From Calditrichota bacterium (GTDB lineage: Bacteria > CLD3): 64,000 nucleotides of DNA. The notes under the pieces were generated by a model that made no database searches, had not been told where the DNA came from, and was given only the letters and a program-made list of their open reading frames with translations. Positions 18,946-33,135 of this stretch are shown here, piece after piece. Numbering within the stretch: the stretch's first letter is position 1; every line of letters starts with the position of its first letter. The stretch is from assembly GCA_008501735.1 (NCBI GenBank), contig QQUF01000040.1, positions 70,431 to 134,430 of the forward strand, given 5' to 3'. The position numbers and the translations under genes are program-made.

Positions 18946-21024
18946 CTATTTCAAGAAAGTCATTTTTTTAGTTTCATTAAAGTTAGGACCAGTAATTGAG
19001 TAGAAGTAAGTTCCACTTGAAACTACGTTTCCACTTAAGTCAGTAGCATCCCATTGAACTGATTTAGAACCTGAAACAGTTCCTTCAAACAATGTTTTAA
19101 CTAATTGACCTTTAATGTTGAAAATTTCAACTTTAACATTATTAATTCCTTCAACAGAAAACTCAATGTTAGTAGTTGGGTTGAATGGATTAGGGAAGTT
19201 TTGAGCTAATTCGTAACCTTTAGCAACTTCATTAGAATTTTCTTCTGAAGAAGTTACAAGAGCGATGTCATAAACTGTACCTGTTCCATTGTCGTGTTCG
19301 TAGAACATATAATCTGTTCCGTCCCCAGGAACTGCAGAAAGAGCACCTGTTCCATTGTAAGAATAAGAACCTGCAACGTCATCAGTTTGGAAAGAAACTG
19401 CAACTTTACCAGCAGTCATTCCCATTGGAGGACACATTGGGTATCTTTCATCTGTTCCAAGAGAGTTAGTTATGTTTTCGATTTGAGTTAAAGAACCAGC
19501 GATTTCAGAACCAAAACCCCAGCTTGAACCACCATCAGTTGACATTGTGTGCCAAACATCTCCGTGAGTCATTGCACTTGCAGAATCACCATTTGGCATA
19601 TTTGCCCAATCAACATCTCCTAAAGGAAAACCTTCAAAGATTACGTGCATATCGCCATTTGTGTCGAATCCGAGCATTGGAGTTCCAACGATTTGTTGGA
19701 AAGCACCACCAAGATCAGCACCACTTGGAGCGATTGTTGGGTTATTCCAAGAAGTTCCATCTTCAAAAACACTTCCAACTAACTCATTACCAGATTCGTG
19801 GTCATTGTAAGCGAAAATTTGAGTTTCTGTTCCAGTAGTGTTTTTATACATAAGTCTAAATGCATTTGGGAAGTAAGAGCCAGAAGAAGTTGATTTATGT
19901 TCAGTGTAAACATAGTGAAGGTCACCTTGAGCATCAAAAGAAGCATCAAAATGCTGCCAAGATCTCCATTCAAAATCTTCTACATTTGTACTTGGGTTGA
20001 AGTTAAGAGGTGTGTCTTCAGTTACGTTATCAAAAGCCCAAGTTGCTCCATTATCCATAGATTCAAATTTATAAAGAGCGTTTGAACCAACAGTAGTATC
20101 TTGGAAAGCACTTCCAGAAGCATTGAAGAATAATAATAAGATATGATCAGCACCATCAGAAACGAAAGCTTTTGCTCCGCCGTCAGGAACGATATAAACT
20201 CCTGGGAAGTTAGCCATTGCTTGCATTGGAGAGAATTGTTGTGCAAATGGGTTTGAAAGAGAAGCATAATAAGCTGCTAATGGAGAAGTTGCTTGGTCAG
20301 CAGGAGCAACAGAACCAACAGCGTGAACTACATCATTGTTTCCAACTGTACAAACTGGCCAAATTGGTTGATCATCTCCAGCAGGAAGTCCTGGAACGAG
20401 TGGGAACTCAGGATGTTCCCAAAGTCCTTGACCAGGGAAAAGGTCAATACTACCAACTGAGTGAACAGCACCATTCAAACTTGGGTCATTGTAGTGACTT
20501 ACTAAAGCTGCAGCTCCACCAACACCGTTGATAGAAGTATTTCTGAAATAATCGATAGCAGGAAAACCGCCACGAGCATTTTCAATTCTTGTCCAAGTTG
20601 GGCTAATTGTTCCTGTTCCTGTTCCGTCGTCAAGTCCCCAGTTAACTCCGTCATTTGAGAAAGAGTAAAAAGAACCACGAGTTGTGTTTGTTCCAGGATC
20701 AGAAGTGTAGATATTTGCACTGATAAATGTTAAGTGGTAATTTCCACTATCATCTATTACCATTCTTTTACCAATTGCTCCATTTGCTTGATAATCATAA
20801 AAGCCGTTACCAATAACAACACCAGGAGAATTATAATTTACTTGGAAAGGACCTGAGTTGTTTTGAGTTACTTGATTAGTATTACCTGTAGTCATAACAA
20901 CTGCATTTTCAGGCATTACTGGTTGTTTTGTAGCTTGTTTTGAAAGAAGCTCGCTTTGTCCGCCCATTGCTAAACCAACTGCTGTGAGTGTTAGCAATGA
21001 ACAAGTAGTAATTTGTTTATTCAT
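18946..21024 (-). CDS. Secreted protein with BNR-like repeats and FlgD/T9SS-type C-terminal domain
   Basis: Signal peptide; Asp-box-like 'SNDGVNW', 'SMDNGATW', 'STDGGSSW'; C-term QNFPNPFNP...KKMTFLK; RBS GGAGG. Confidence 0.8.
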   Translation of the reverse strand: MNKQITTCSLLTLTAVGLAMGGQSELLSKQATKQPVMPENAVVMTTGNTNQVTQNNSGPFQVNYNSPGVVIGNGFYDYQANGAIGKRMVIDDSGNYHLTFISANIYTSDPGTNTTRGSFYSFSNDGVNWGLDDGTGTGTISPTWTRIENARGGFPAIDYFRNTSINGVGGAAALVSHYNDPSLNGAVHSVGSIDLFPGQGLWEHPEFPLVPGLPAGDDQPIWPVCTVGNNDVVHAVGSVAPADQATSPLAAYYASLSNPFAQQFSPMQAMANFPGVYIVPDGGAKAFVSDGADHILLLFFNASGSAFQDTTVGSNALYKFESMDNGATWAFDNVTEDTPLNFNPSTNVEDFEWRSWQHFDASFDAQGDLHYVYTEHKSTSSGSYFPNAFRLMYKNTTGTETQIFAYNDHESGNELVGSVFEDGTSWNNPTIAPSGADLGGAFQQIVGTPMLGFDTNGDMHVIFEGFPLGDVDWANMPNGDSASAMTHGDVWHTMSTDGGSSWGFGSEIAGSLTQIENITNSLGTDERYPMCPPMGMTAGKVAVSFQTDDVAGSYSYNGTGALSAVPGDGTDYMFYEHDNGTGTVYDIALVTSSEENSNEVAKGYELAQNFPNPFNPTTNIEFSVEGINNVKVEIFNIKGQLVKTLFEGTVSGSKSVQWDATDLSGNVVSSGTYFYSITGPNFNETKKMTFLK

Positions 21025-21069
21025 TTTAATCCCTCCACGGATTAAATTAAGGTTAATAGTCTTGTTAAA

Positions 21070-21915
21070 TTACTTTAAATATACTGCTTTTTTTATACTT
21101 ACAAATGAACCCGCTTCGATTTTGTAGAGGTAAACTCCACTTGAAACAGGATTGTTGTTTTTATCTAAACCATTCCATTTAACATTGTGAAAACCTGCGT
21201 TGAAATTTTCATCTACGAGTTGATTGACCTCTTGTCCCAATAAATTATAAATTTTGAGGCTGACAAATTCAGAAACAGGAAGTGCAAATTGAATTGTTGT
21301 TGAAGGGTTAAATGGGTTTGGGAAGTTTTGGTTCAAAGAAAAACTTGTCGGTAAAGAATTATTCTCATCTTCAATGCCTACAAGTGTAACATCAATTGTT
21401 CCATTTACTAAAGTCGTTGGGACAGAACCAGAGTTAAAAACAAAACCGTTTGGCGTTGTGTTTGCATTGAACTCTGTAAATTCGATTTGTCCATTGGTAA
21501 CACTACTGTTTACTTTAAAAATTAAGTTTGCCAAAATTCCTGAAGTTTGACCTTGTGGCAAAGTGATTTGGTTTTGTCCACCAGCAGCGGCAAATCTAAC
21601 TTGTTGAGCAAAAGTTTTGTTCAAAGCTGTTTGATAAGAATTTGCTCCTGTTGAAGGAGTAATTGTGTTAGTAACTTCGACATTTTCTAATTGTAATCCA
21701 TTTGGATAAGAGATGTCAAAACTGTAACCTGTTATCAAATCTTGAGAAGTAATTCCTGTAACCTCAATTGGCACAGTGAATGAAAACCCTACGCTGTCAG
21801 CATTGAAATTTCCACCAAGGATTGTTACAGTACCTTGAGCATTGGCAAACCCAAAACTCAAAAAGACATAAGAAATGATTAAAAGTAATGATTTTCGCAT
21901 TTTTGTAAATTCCAT
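21070..21915 (-). CDS. Secreted cohesin-like domain protein with FlgD/T9SS-type C-terminal domain
   Basis: Signal peptide; 'FTVPIEV...GYSFDISYP..LQL', 'GILANLIFKV', 'NGTIDV' cohesin-like pattern; QNFPNPFNP CTD; alternative start 21900. Confidence 0.7.
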   Translation of the reverse strand: MEFTKMRKSLLLIISYVFLSFGFANAQGTVTILGGNFNADSVGFSFTVPIEVTGITSQDLITGYSFDISYPNGLQLENVEVTNTITPSTGANSYQTALNKTFAQQVRFAAAGGQNQITLPQGQTSGILANLIFKVNSSVTNGQIEFTEFNANTTPNGFVFNSGSVPTTLVNGTIDVTLVGIEDENNSLPTSFSLNQNFPNPFNPSTTIQFALPVSEFVSLKIYNLLGQEVNQLVDENFNAGFHNVKWNGLDKNNNPVSSGVYLYKIEAGSFVSIKKAVYLK

Positions 21916-22040
21916 TAAAATTAATGGTTAAGTAGTATTTTATCTAACTAATGAAAAGGAATTCCCGTAAAAAAATCTGTAAGTTACAAGATAGTTACAA
22001 TTTTTTTAGATGTAAACCCAAAATTTGTAACCTTTTGAAT

Positions 22041-23699
22041 TTAATGTGTTTCCTTTTCACCAATAATCGCTGTCGTAAACAGTTTCTCTTGGTATTTAGA
22101 ATTGTTTACAAGCAATTTCTTTGCCAACTTGATTTCCGAATCAACCTTGACTGAATACTCAAGTTTAGAGGCAAAATTCAAGGTTGTTCCTAAAAATTCA
22201 ATTTGAAGTGAGTCATTAATCTTCTGTTTGTTAAGTTCCATCTCATTTTGTTTTAGTGAAGCCAAAACATTTTTTAATTCTTGAACTTTAGAAGAGACAT
22301 TAAGAGAATCCATTTTTGGTAAATTCATTTCAGTCAGAATTTCGTCTAAGTTTTTCTCCCAACGATTTGTGTAGTTAAAAGAATTTTCCTCTAAGAAATT
22401 TACAAATTCAGCAAAAGAACTTTCAGGTAAAACTTTTGCCTCAGGATTTTCACTTAAATATTTTGTGATAAATTTTGAATACATTCCTTTGCGTTTAAGT
22501 TCCGAAAGAAGTTTAGGTTCTTTTTCTTCTTTAAAAATAACATCTGGTGAAACACCTTGACCTCCAAAAACAGTTCTTCCATTAAGTGTAGTGAAAGAAT
22601 TGTTTTCTTTAATTTTGAACCCTTCTTCAAAAATATCATTTTTTGAGTAATCAATTTTCTGTACACAACGACCACTTGGAACGTAATATTTTGCAGTTGT
22701 AATCTTTAAAACGTCTCCACTTTTCAAAGAAATTTCTGATTGAACAAGTCCTTTGCCATAAGTTGTTGTCCCAATAACAATTCCTCTGTCTAAGTCTTGT
22801 ATTGCTCCTGCAACAATTTCAGAAGCACTTGCACTTCCTTCGTCAACAAGAATTGCCAATGGTTTGTCTAAGAAAACAGGTTTCCCAGATGTAAAGTAAT
22901 CTCGTTTTCCTGTCGCAGATTTTGGTTTGGTGTAAACTACGAGTTCATTGGGTGGTAAAAAGCAACTTAGAATTTTTACTGCAACGTCAAGTAATCCACC
23001 TGGATTGCCTCTTAAATCTAAAATTAATCCGTTTAACTCGCCTTCTTCTTTGAGTTTTAAAATTGCTTCACGAACCTCGTAATCAGAACTTCTCGAAAAT
23101 TTTGTCAATTTTACGTAACCAATTCCCTCTTCTACAAAACCAGAGTAAGGAACGTTGTGAATGGTAATTTCTTCTGTTTTAAGAACGTAATCCAGAGATT
23201 CGTCTTCTGTGAAACGTTTTATTTTTAAACTGATTTCACTTCCCAAAGGAACTCGAAGTAGTTTTTGACCTTGTTTCAAAGTTTTGTTTTTCATTGAAAC
23301 GCCGTTAATTTCGAGTAAAATGTCTCCGATTTGAATTCCTTTTCTGTGTGCAGGAGCATCTTCAATTAATGAAATTACTGTAATTACTTCATCTTCCATA
23401 GAAACTTGAACGCCAATTCCTGTGTATTTTCCATACTTCAAAATGTCAAGTTCTCTTGTGTCTTCTTTTTCAAAAAGAACAGTGTAAGGGTCAAGAGTTT
23501 TGAGCATTCCGTTAATCCCGCTTTTCAAGAATTTTCCAGTGTCAATCTCATCAACGTAATTTGCATTTACTTGCTTGTAAACCTCGTAGAAATTTTGAAG
23601 GTTTTTTTGGACTTCTCGGTATTTATCTTGCCCAAAACCAATGTTTGCAAGGCATAGAAAAATCAAAAAGAACAATGTTTTTTGGTATTTTTGAAACAT
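22041..23699 (-). CDS. ctpA: S41 C-terminal processing peptidase with PDZ domain
   Basis: 'LDPYT', 'GIG' PDZ, 'LDLRGNPGGLL', 'SASASEI', 'TYGKGLVQ'. Confidence 0.95.
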   Translation of the reverse strand: MFQKYQKTLFFLIFLCLANIGFGQDKYREVQKNLQNFYEVYKQVNANYVDEIDTGKFLKSGINGMLKTLDPYTVLFEKEDTRELDILKYGKYTGIGVQVSMEDEVITVISLIEDAPAHRKGIQIGDILLEINGVSMKNKTLKQGQKLLRVPLGSEISLKIKRFTEDESLDYVLKTEEITIHNVPYSGFVEEGIGYVKLTKFSRSSDYEVREAILKLKEEGELNGLILDLRGNPGGLLDVAVKILSCFLPPNELVVYTKPKSATGKRDYFTSGKPVFLDKPLAILVDEGSASASEIVAGAIQDLDRGIVIGTTTYGKGLVQSEISLKSGDVLKITTAKYYVPSGRCVQKIDYSKNDIFEEGFKIKENNSFTTLNGRTVFGGQGVSPDVIFKEEKEPKLLSELKRKGMYSKFITKYLSENPEAKVLPESSFAEFVNFLEENSFNYTNRWEKNLDEILTEMNLPKMDSLNVSSKVQELKNVLASLKQNEMELNKQKINDSLQIEFLGTTLNFASKLEYSVKVDSEIKLAKKLLVNNSKYQEKLFTTAIIGEKETH

Positions 23700-23700
23700 T

Positions 23701-24327
23701 TTAAAGTCCTTTGAGTCTCGTGGATAAAATTTTACAAATTTCTAAATGAATCTTTTCAATAACTCCGTTAGAGTCAACAACGCAAAAATTTTCAAATTCA
23801 TTCACTAAATTTAAGTAGGCTTTGCGAACTTCTGTAAAAAATGAAGCGTTTTCTTGTTCAATTCGGTCAAGATTTTTGCGAGACCAATTTTTTCTTTGTG
23901 CGTAAGTCTCAAAAGAAATGTCTGTGAAAAATGTAAAGTCAGGCAACAAATCTCCTGTTGCAAAGCTGCAAAGACTTTTCAAAGAGTCTTTTGAAATTAG
24001 TCTTCCGCCACCTTGATAAGCTAAACTTGAAAAGATATAACGATCTGCGATGACAACTTTTCCTTCTTTAAGAGCAGGTAGAATTTTTTCGTTAACAAGT
24101 TGAGCTCTACTTGCTTGAAAGAGAAGAGCTTCTGTTTTTTCGTGCATTTCTATATTTTTGTTGTCAAGAATGATTTTTCTAATTTTTTCAGAAATATTTG
24201 TTCCGCCCGGTTCTCTGACATTGAGAACTTCATAACCCTTTTCAATTAATTTTTTACTAAGGAGTCTAACTTGAGTTGATTTTCCTGAGTGGTCAATTCC
24301 TTCAAAGACAATAAAAGTACCGTTCAA
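23701..24327 (-). CDS. tmk: Thymidylate kinase
   Basis: 'FEGIDHSGKST', 'REPGGT', 'DRY..SSLAYQG'. Confidence 0.97.
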   Translation of the reverse strand: MNGTFIVFEGIDHSGKSTQVRLLSKKLIEKGYEVLNVREPGGTNISEKIRKIILDNKNIEMHEKTEALLFQASRAQLVNEKILPALKEGKVVIADRYIFSSLAYQGGGRLISKDSLKSLCSFATGDLLPDFTFFTDISFETYAQRKNWSRKNLDRIEQENASFFTEVRKAYLNLVNEFENFCVVDSNGVIEKIHLEICKILSTRLKGL

Positions 24328-24419
24328 AATTTCCTCTAACTTAAAAATGAATTGTTACGTTGCGAGGTCAAAGTAATTAAAATCTCTTGAAATTTCTAAT
24401 TTTTTTGTAACTTCAAAAA

Positions 24420-24797
24420 ATGGAAAATTATGTCGGAAAACATTGGCTCGTTGATTTAATCACTTTGGATAAGTTCTTACTCGAAAAAGTAGATTTAGTT
24501 CAGGAGAAAATCTTGGAGGTTGCAAAAAAATCTTCATTAAATATTTTAAAAACAGCTTTTCACCAATTTGAACCAGAAGGTGTAACAGGGATTTTACTTC
24601 TTACAGAATCTCACCTTTCGATTCATACTTGGCCCGAAAAAAATCTTGTAACTTTAGATTTGTTTAGCTGCAACGATGATTTTGATTTTGAAAGTTTCCT
24701 TGAACTTCTTAAAGATACTTTCAAAGCTAATGAAATTAATTTTTCTGAAACCAAACGCGGATTTACAAAAAAAACGGAGACAAATTTTGTCAGATAA
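24420..24797 (+). CDS. speD: S-adenosylmethionine decarboxylase proenzyme (SpeD/SpeH type)
   Basis: '[24 protein letters not shown]...DLFSC'. Confidence 0.93.
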   Translation: MENYVGKHWLVDLITLDKFLLEKVDLVQEKILEVAKKSSLNILKTAFHQFEPEGVTGILLLTESHLSIHTWPEKNLVTLDLFSCNDDFDFESFLELLKDTFKANEINFSETKRGFTKKTETNFVR

Positions 24798-25599
24798 AAA
24801 TACTAATTCAAGATGGGAAAAAGTACAGTTAGCACGAAATCCCAAAAGACCTTTCTCGTTAGACTACATAGAAAGAATCGTAACTGATTTTAAAGAACTT
24901 CACGGAGACAGATATTTCGGCGATGACAAAGCGATGATTTCAGGTTTCGGTAAGATTGACGGCGAAACTTTTGCAATTATAGGACAGCAAAAAGGTCGTT
25001 CGACAAAAGAAAATATTGAGCGAAATTTTGGAATGGCAAATCCAGAAGGCTACCGAAAAGCACTTCGAGTGATGAAGTTAGCTGTAAAATTTAACAAACC
25101 GATTTTGACTTTAATTGACACACCAGGAGCTTATCCAGGAATCGGAGCGGAAGAAAGAGGACAAGCCGAAGCCATTGCAAAAAACCTTTTTGAAATGGCA
25201 ATTATGCCTGTTCCGATAATTTGTGTAATTATTGGAGAAGGTGCAAGTGGTGGAGCTTTGGGAATCGGAGTTGGTGACAAACTTTTGATGATGGAAAATT
25301 CTTGGTTTTCAGTAATTGCACCTGAATCTTGTTCAAGCATTCTTTGGAGAACTTGGGAGAAAAAAGAAGTTGCTGCCGATGCTCTTAAGCTCACAGTTGA
25401 CGATTTGATTGAGCAAGGAATTATCGATGAAAAAATTGAAGAGCCAAAAGGCGGAGCTCACGAGGATTACGACAAAGCTGCTGATTTTGTAAAAGACAGC
25501 ATTCTTAAAAATTACAAAGCTCTCAAAAAACTCTCAGCAAAAAAGTTAGTTGACCAAAGAATCGAAAAGTATTCTCAAATTGGCTTTTACGAAGAATAA
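24787..25599 (+). CDS. accA: Acetyl-CoA carboxylase carboxyltransferase alpha subunit (short form)
   Basis: 'ELHGDR', '[11 protein letters not shown]', 'IDTPGAYPG', 'GEGASGGA'; likely TTG start at 24787 after GGAGA. Confidence 0.95.
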   Translation: MSDKNTNSRWEKVQLARNPKRPFSLDYIERIVTDFKELHGDRYFGDDKAMISGFGKIDGETFAIIGQQKGRSTKENIERNFGMANPEGYRKALRVMKLAVKFNKPILTLIDTPGAYPGIGAEERGQAEAIAKNLFEMAIMPVPIICVIIGEGASGGALGIGVGDKLLMMENSWFSVIAPESCSSILWRTWEKKEVAADALKLTVDDLIEQGIIDEKIEEPKGGAHEDYDKAADFVKDSILKNYKALKKLSAKKLVDQRIEKYSQIGFYEE

Positions 25600-25610
25600 A
25601 ACTTAATTTC

Positions 25611-25638
25611 TTAGAGACGCACAGCCGTGCGTCTCTAA
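25611..25638. repeat. 28-bp REP-like palindrome
   Basis: TTAGAGACGCACAGCCGTGCGTCTCTAA; supplies the TAG stop of the adjacent minus-strand gene. Confidence 0.85.
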
Positions 25639-26699
25639 TTAAAAACTTCGCTTAACATTTTTTCAACTAATTCAGGCTTTAATGAACTTTGAGTTGGTTT
25701 TGATTCTGAATTTAAAAACGAAAGAATCACAGGGAATCCTCTACCTTTAATACTTGAAAAAGGCGTTAATTCTTTTGCCAAAACCCAAATTCCAAAATTA
25801 GTTTCTAACTCTCGAAGTTCAGAAACAACTTTTTCAAGTTTGGGAAAACCATAAAAATAACCGTTTGTGCTTCCGCTAAACTCAAAACCCTCAGCTCTCC
25901 AAACATTCACCGTTTCTGCCCACATAAAACCTGGATAATGAAGGTCGTAAAACCAACCATTCTCATTTTCGGCACAAACCAGTTGGACTTTTTCTTTGTC
26001 GAATTTGTTTCGGGCTTGAGGCAAAAGCAAAGTCTCTTCCGAAAGCAAAGAATTGAATTTGGGAACATTCAAAGCCGAATTTAAATTCTTTTTTGCCAAA
26101 TTTTGGGGGATTGAGTAACTGACAAATCTTTGATTAAAAACTTTTCTTTCGATTTCTGATTTTTCGATTTTTGAGACGGATTTTTTCAAAGCGGAAATTC
26201 CTTCTTCAATTTCAGAAGTTATTTTTCCGTCGAGTAAAAGAAAAACTTCCTCAAGGCATTTTTTGTAATTTTTAAAAACATCTAAATTTTTAGATTTCCC
26301 TTCGAGCATTTTTAAAGTCAAACCTTGAAAAAGAATTTGTGCTTCGGTTTTTCCATAGCTTGAGAAATCGCCCATTTCGGCAGCTTGAACCAAAATTTCA
26401 CGATTTTGTAAAGCAGTTTCGTTGTGCAGAATTGTAAAGACAGAAAGAATTCCGTCAACGTCAATGTGATTGTTTACAACCAAATCCCAATTTCCTGACA
26501 AAGGGTTTGAAGCAAAATTCAAACAAATTTCGGTTGAAGTGTCAGCTTTGAATTTCTTCGGAGTTCGGTTAGGAAGCCAATGACTAAGCTCAATGTCTTT
26601 TCCTTCGCGAAAAACTTCAGGAGAACCGTCAACAAAAATCGTTTGCTTACTTTTAGGTTGTTCAAATTTTGAACCGAGAATGTAGAATTTGTCTAACAA
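25635..26699 (-). CDS. Hypothetical protein, DUF6687-like (DHH-like motifs)
   Basis: 'VDG', 'LSHW..N.TP..FKADTSTEI', 'NNHIDVDG', 'GDF'; family recalled from motif similarity, not searched. Confidence 0.55.
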   Translation of the reverse strand: MLDKFYILGSKFEQPKSKQTIFVDGSPEVFREGKDIELSHWLPNRTPKKFKADTSTEICLNFASNPLSGNWDLVVNNHIDVDGILSVFTILHNETALQNREILVQAAEMGDFSSYGKTEAQILFQGLTLKMLEGKSKNLDVFKNYKKCLEEVFLLLDGKITSEIEEGISALKKSVSKIEKSEIERKVFNQRFVSYSIPQNLAKKNLNSALNVPKFNSLLSEETLLLPQARNKFDKEKVQLVCAENENGWFYDLHYPGFMWAETVNVWRAEGFEFSGSTNGYFYGFPKLEKVVSELRELETNFGIWVLAKELTPFSSIKGRGFPVILSFLNSESKPTQSSLKPELVEKMLSEVFN

Positions 26700-26755
26700 T
26701 TTTACGCCTTTTGGGTTGTTAAAGAGACAAACCTTGCGTCTTTACGTTTTAGAAT

Positions 26756-27154
26756 TTAACTTTGATTTTCGTAATTTCTTTTGACCATTCCGACACACTT
26801 TGCAAGGTTGTGCTTTTCGTAAAAAGGCACAACGGATTCGTCGCAAACAACGTCAATTGCATACATTCCTTTTAAACTTTCAAGCATTTTTTTTACTAAC
26901 TCTGAGCCGATTCCTTGACCTTTAAAATCAGGTAAAACTTCCAACAACGGAATGAAAGAGTAGTAAACTCCATCTGAAATTGCATTGATAAAACCGACAC
27001 ATTTTTCACCTTCAAAAGCAAGCCAAATTTTGTAACTATTTTGCAAAATTTCTAAATGCTTTTTTGAATTTGGGTGATTAGGCCAACCGACAAAAAAGCC
27101 ATTGAGTTGTTTGTGAGAAATGTTTTTCAAACTGTCAGTGTAAGTAATTTCCAT
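26756..27154 (-). CDS. GNAT family N-acetyltransferase
   Basis: 'LEVLPDFKGQGIGSELV', 'FYEK'; ATG at 27154 just after the DUF1272 stop. Confidence 0.9.
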   Translation of the reverse strand: MEITYTDSLKNISHKQLNGFFVGWPNHPNSKKHLEILQNSYKIWLAFEGEKCVGFINAISDGVYYSFIPLLEVLPDFKGQGIGSELVKKMLESLKGMYAIDVVCDESVVPFYEKHNLAKCVGMVKRNYENQS

Positions 27155-27156
27155 TT

Positions 27157-27393
27157 TTAGAAACATTCTTTCTTTGGTAAAACTCTTTTGGTGGAAGCAG
27201 GATATTTTTGCAAAAGTGTTGTTGGGCGAATTGGTCTTCTGACAAGTTCACCACCACAGTTTGGGCAAACTAAACTCATCTTTTCAGAACAGTCTTTGCA
27301 AAAAGTGCATTCGAAAGTACAAATCATAACTTCATTAGAATTTGGTTCTAAGTCTTTGTTGCAACATTCGCAGTTCGGTCTAATTTCTAACAT
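27157..27393 (-). CDS. DUF1272 family Cys-rich protein
   Basis: 'MLEIRPNCECC...ICTFECTFC..C.....CPNCGGELVRRP'. Confidence 0.9.
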   Translation of the reverse strand: MLEIRPNCECCNKDLEPNSNEVMICTFECTFCKDCSEKMSLVCPNCGGELVRRPIRPTTLLQKYPASTKRVLPKKECF

Positions 27394-27477
27394 TTAAACT
27401 TCCTTTGTTTTTGATAAATTTAATTAGTTAAGTTTCAATTTAAATCAAATTCTTTGACAAAAAAATTTGGAGACAAA

Positions 27478-28050
27478 ATGAAAATTTTCCTTGAAACTGA
27501 AAGAATGATTCTTCGCCAATTCACAGAAAAAGATGCACAAAATATTTTTGAATTAGACGGCGACCCAGAAGTGATGAGATTTCTGACCAATGGAAGAGGA
27601 ACTTCGATGGACACAATCAAAGATAAAATTTTACCGCACACTTTTGAGTTTTATGAAAATCACGACCACTTTGGTTATTGGGCAGTTGACGAAAAATTGA
27701 GTGGGAAGTTCATTGGCTGGTTTCTTTTTCGCCCCGATAAAGAAGAACCGAATAATTTTGATAAAATTGAGCTTGGTTATCGTCTAAAAAAATCTGCTTG
27801 GGGAAAAGGTTTTGCCACCGAAGGTTCTAAGGTTTTCCTTGAAAAAGGATTTAGGAATTGGAAAGTAAATTACATTTTTGCTGTTACTTTACTTGAAAAT
27901 ATCGGTTCTCAAAGAGTGATGCAGAAAATAGGTTTGAATCTCGAAAAGGAATTTATCGAACCCTTAGAACTACTACCTGATTTTCCGAGTGAGGAAGAAA
28001 GAAAAGCAGTTTGGTATTCTCAGACGAGAGATGAGTATTTGAAATTGTGA
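27478..28050 (+). CDS. RimJ/RimL-type GNAT acetyltransferase
   Basis: 'LETERMILR', 'ELGYRL...WGKGFATE', 'NIGSQRVMQKIG'; ATG at 27478 after GGAGA. Confidence 0.9.
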   Translation: MKIFLETERMILRQFTEKDAQNIFELDGDPEVMRFLTNGRGTSMDTIKDKILPHTFEFYENHDHFGYWAVDEKLSGKFIGWFLFRPDKEEPNNFDKIELGYRLKKSAWGKGFATEGSKVFLEKGFRNWKVNYIFAVTLLENIGSQRVMQKIGLNLEKEFIEPLELLPDFPSEEERKAVWYSQTRDEYLKL

Positions 28051-28056
28051 AAATGT

Positions 28057-32694
<4,638 letters not shown>

Positions 32695-32807
32695 TCAAAA
32701 AATCTGGCTTTTTATAATTGAGGCGAAAATGCTAAAAGTAAACTTCCAAAAAGGAAAACAAATTTTTGGAAAATTAAATTTCTACGAAATTTGTTTTGTT
32801 TTGAGTT

Positions 32808-32906
32808 TTAATAAATTCTTCCTTCGACGAACCAAAAAAGAATTATGTAAAGAACTATTGTAGTAACGAAAATTAATGCGAGTTTTTTTATTTTTGAAGA
32901 CATCAT
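32808..32906 (-). CDS. Putative 32-aa single-TM microprotein (MMSSKIKKLALIFVTTIVLYIILFWFVEGRIY)
   Basis: Hand-translated; GAGG upstream; ATG 4 nt after the stop of the preceding microprotein ORF. Confidence 0.45.
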   Translation of the reverse strand: MMSSKIKKLALIFVTTIVLYIILFWFVEGRIY

Positions 32907-32910
32907 ATTT

Positions 32911-33006
32911 TTACCTCTGAAAGAACCAAAGAAGGATTCCTATAATCATTACAAGAATTGGGAAAGCAATAAATGCCATAGCTAAAATGTGTTTTACTTT
33001 TTCCAT
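32911..33006 (-). CDS. Putative 31-aa single-TM microprotein (MEKVKHILAMAFIAFPILVMIIGILLWFFQR)
   Basis: Hand-translated; charged N-terminus plus ~22-aa hydrophobic stretch. Confidence 0.45.
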   Translation of the reverse strand: MEKVKHILAMAFIAFPILVMIIGILLWFFQR

Positions 33007-33061
33007 AACTGCAAATTTAAGAATAAAAAGGAGACTTTTGGAAAAAACTTGAATGAAAATG

Positions 33062-33096
33062 AGAAGCCCTCAAATTTCTTAAATTTGAGGGCTTCT
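33062..33096. terminator. Inverted repeat downstream of the receiver gene
   Basis: AGAAGCCCTCAAATTT-CTT-AAATTTGAGGGCTTCT. Confidence 0.7.
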
Positions 33097-33135
33097 GAGC
33101 GAGAAAGGGGTAAGAAATGAACTGTATTCTAATTT

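Noticed and set aside
24676..24786. Longer accA N-terminus given by the ORF track
   Set aside because: Overlaps speD by over 100 nt and does not resemble AccA; TTG at 24787 has an RBS
32965..32980. Sigma54-like TGGCA...TTGC on the minus strand
   Set aside because: Only 8 nt between GG and GC (10 required), and it lies in a putative microprotein ORF
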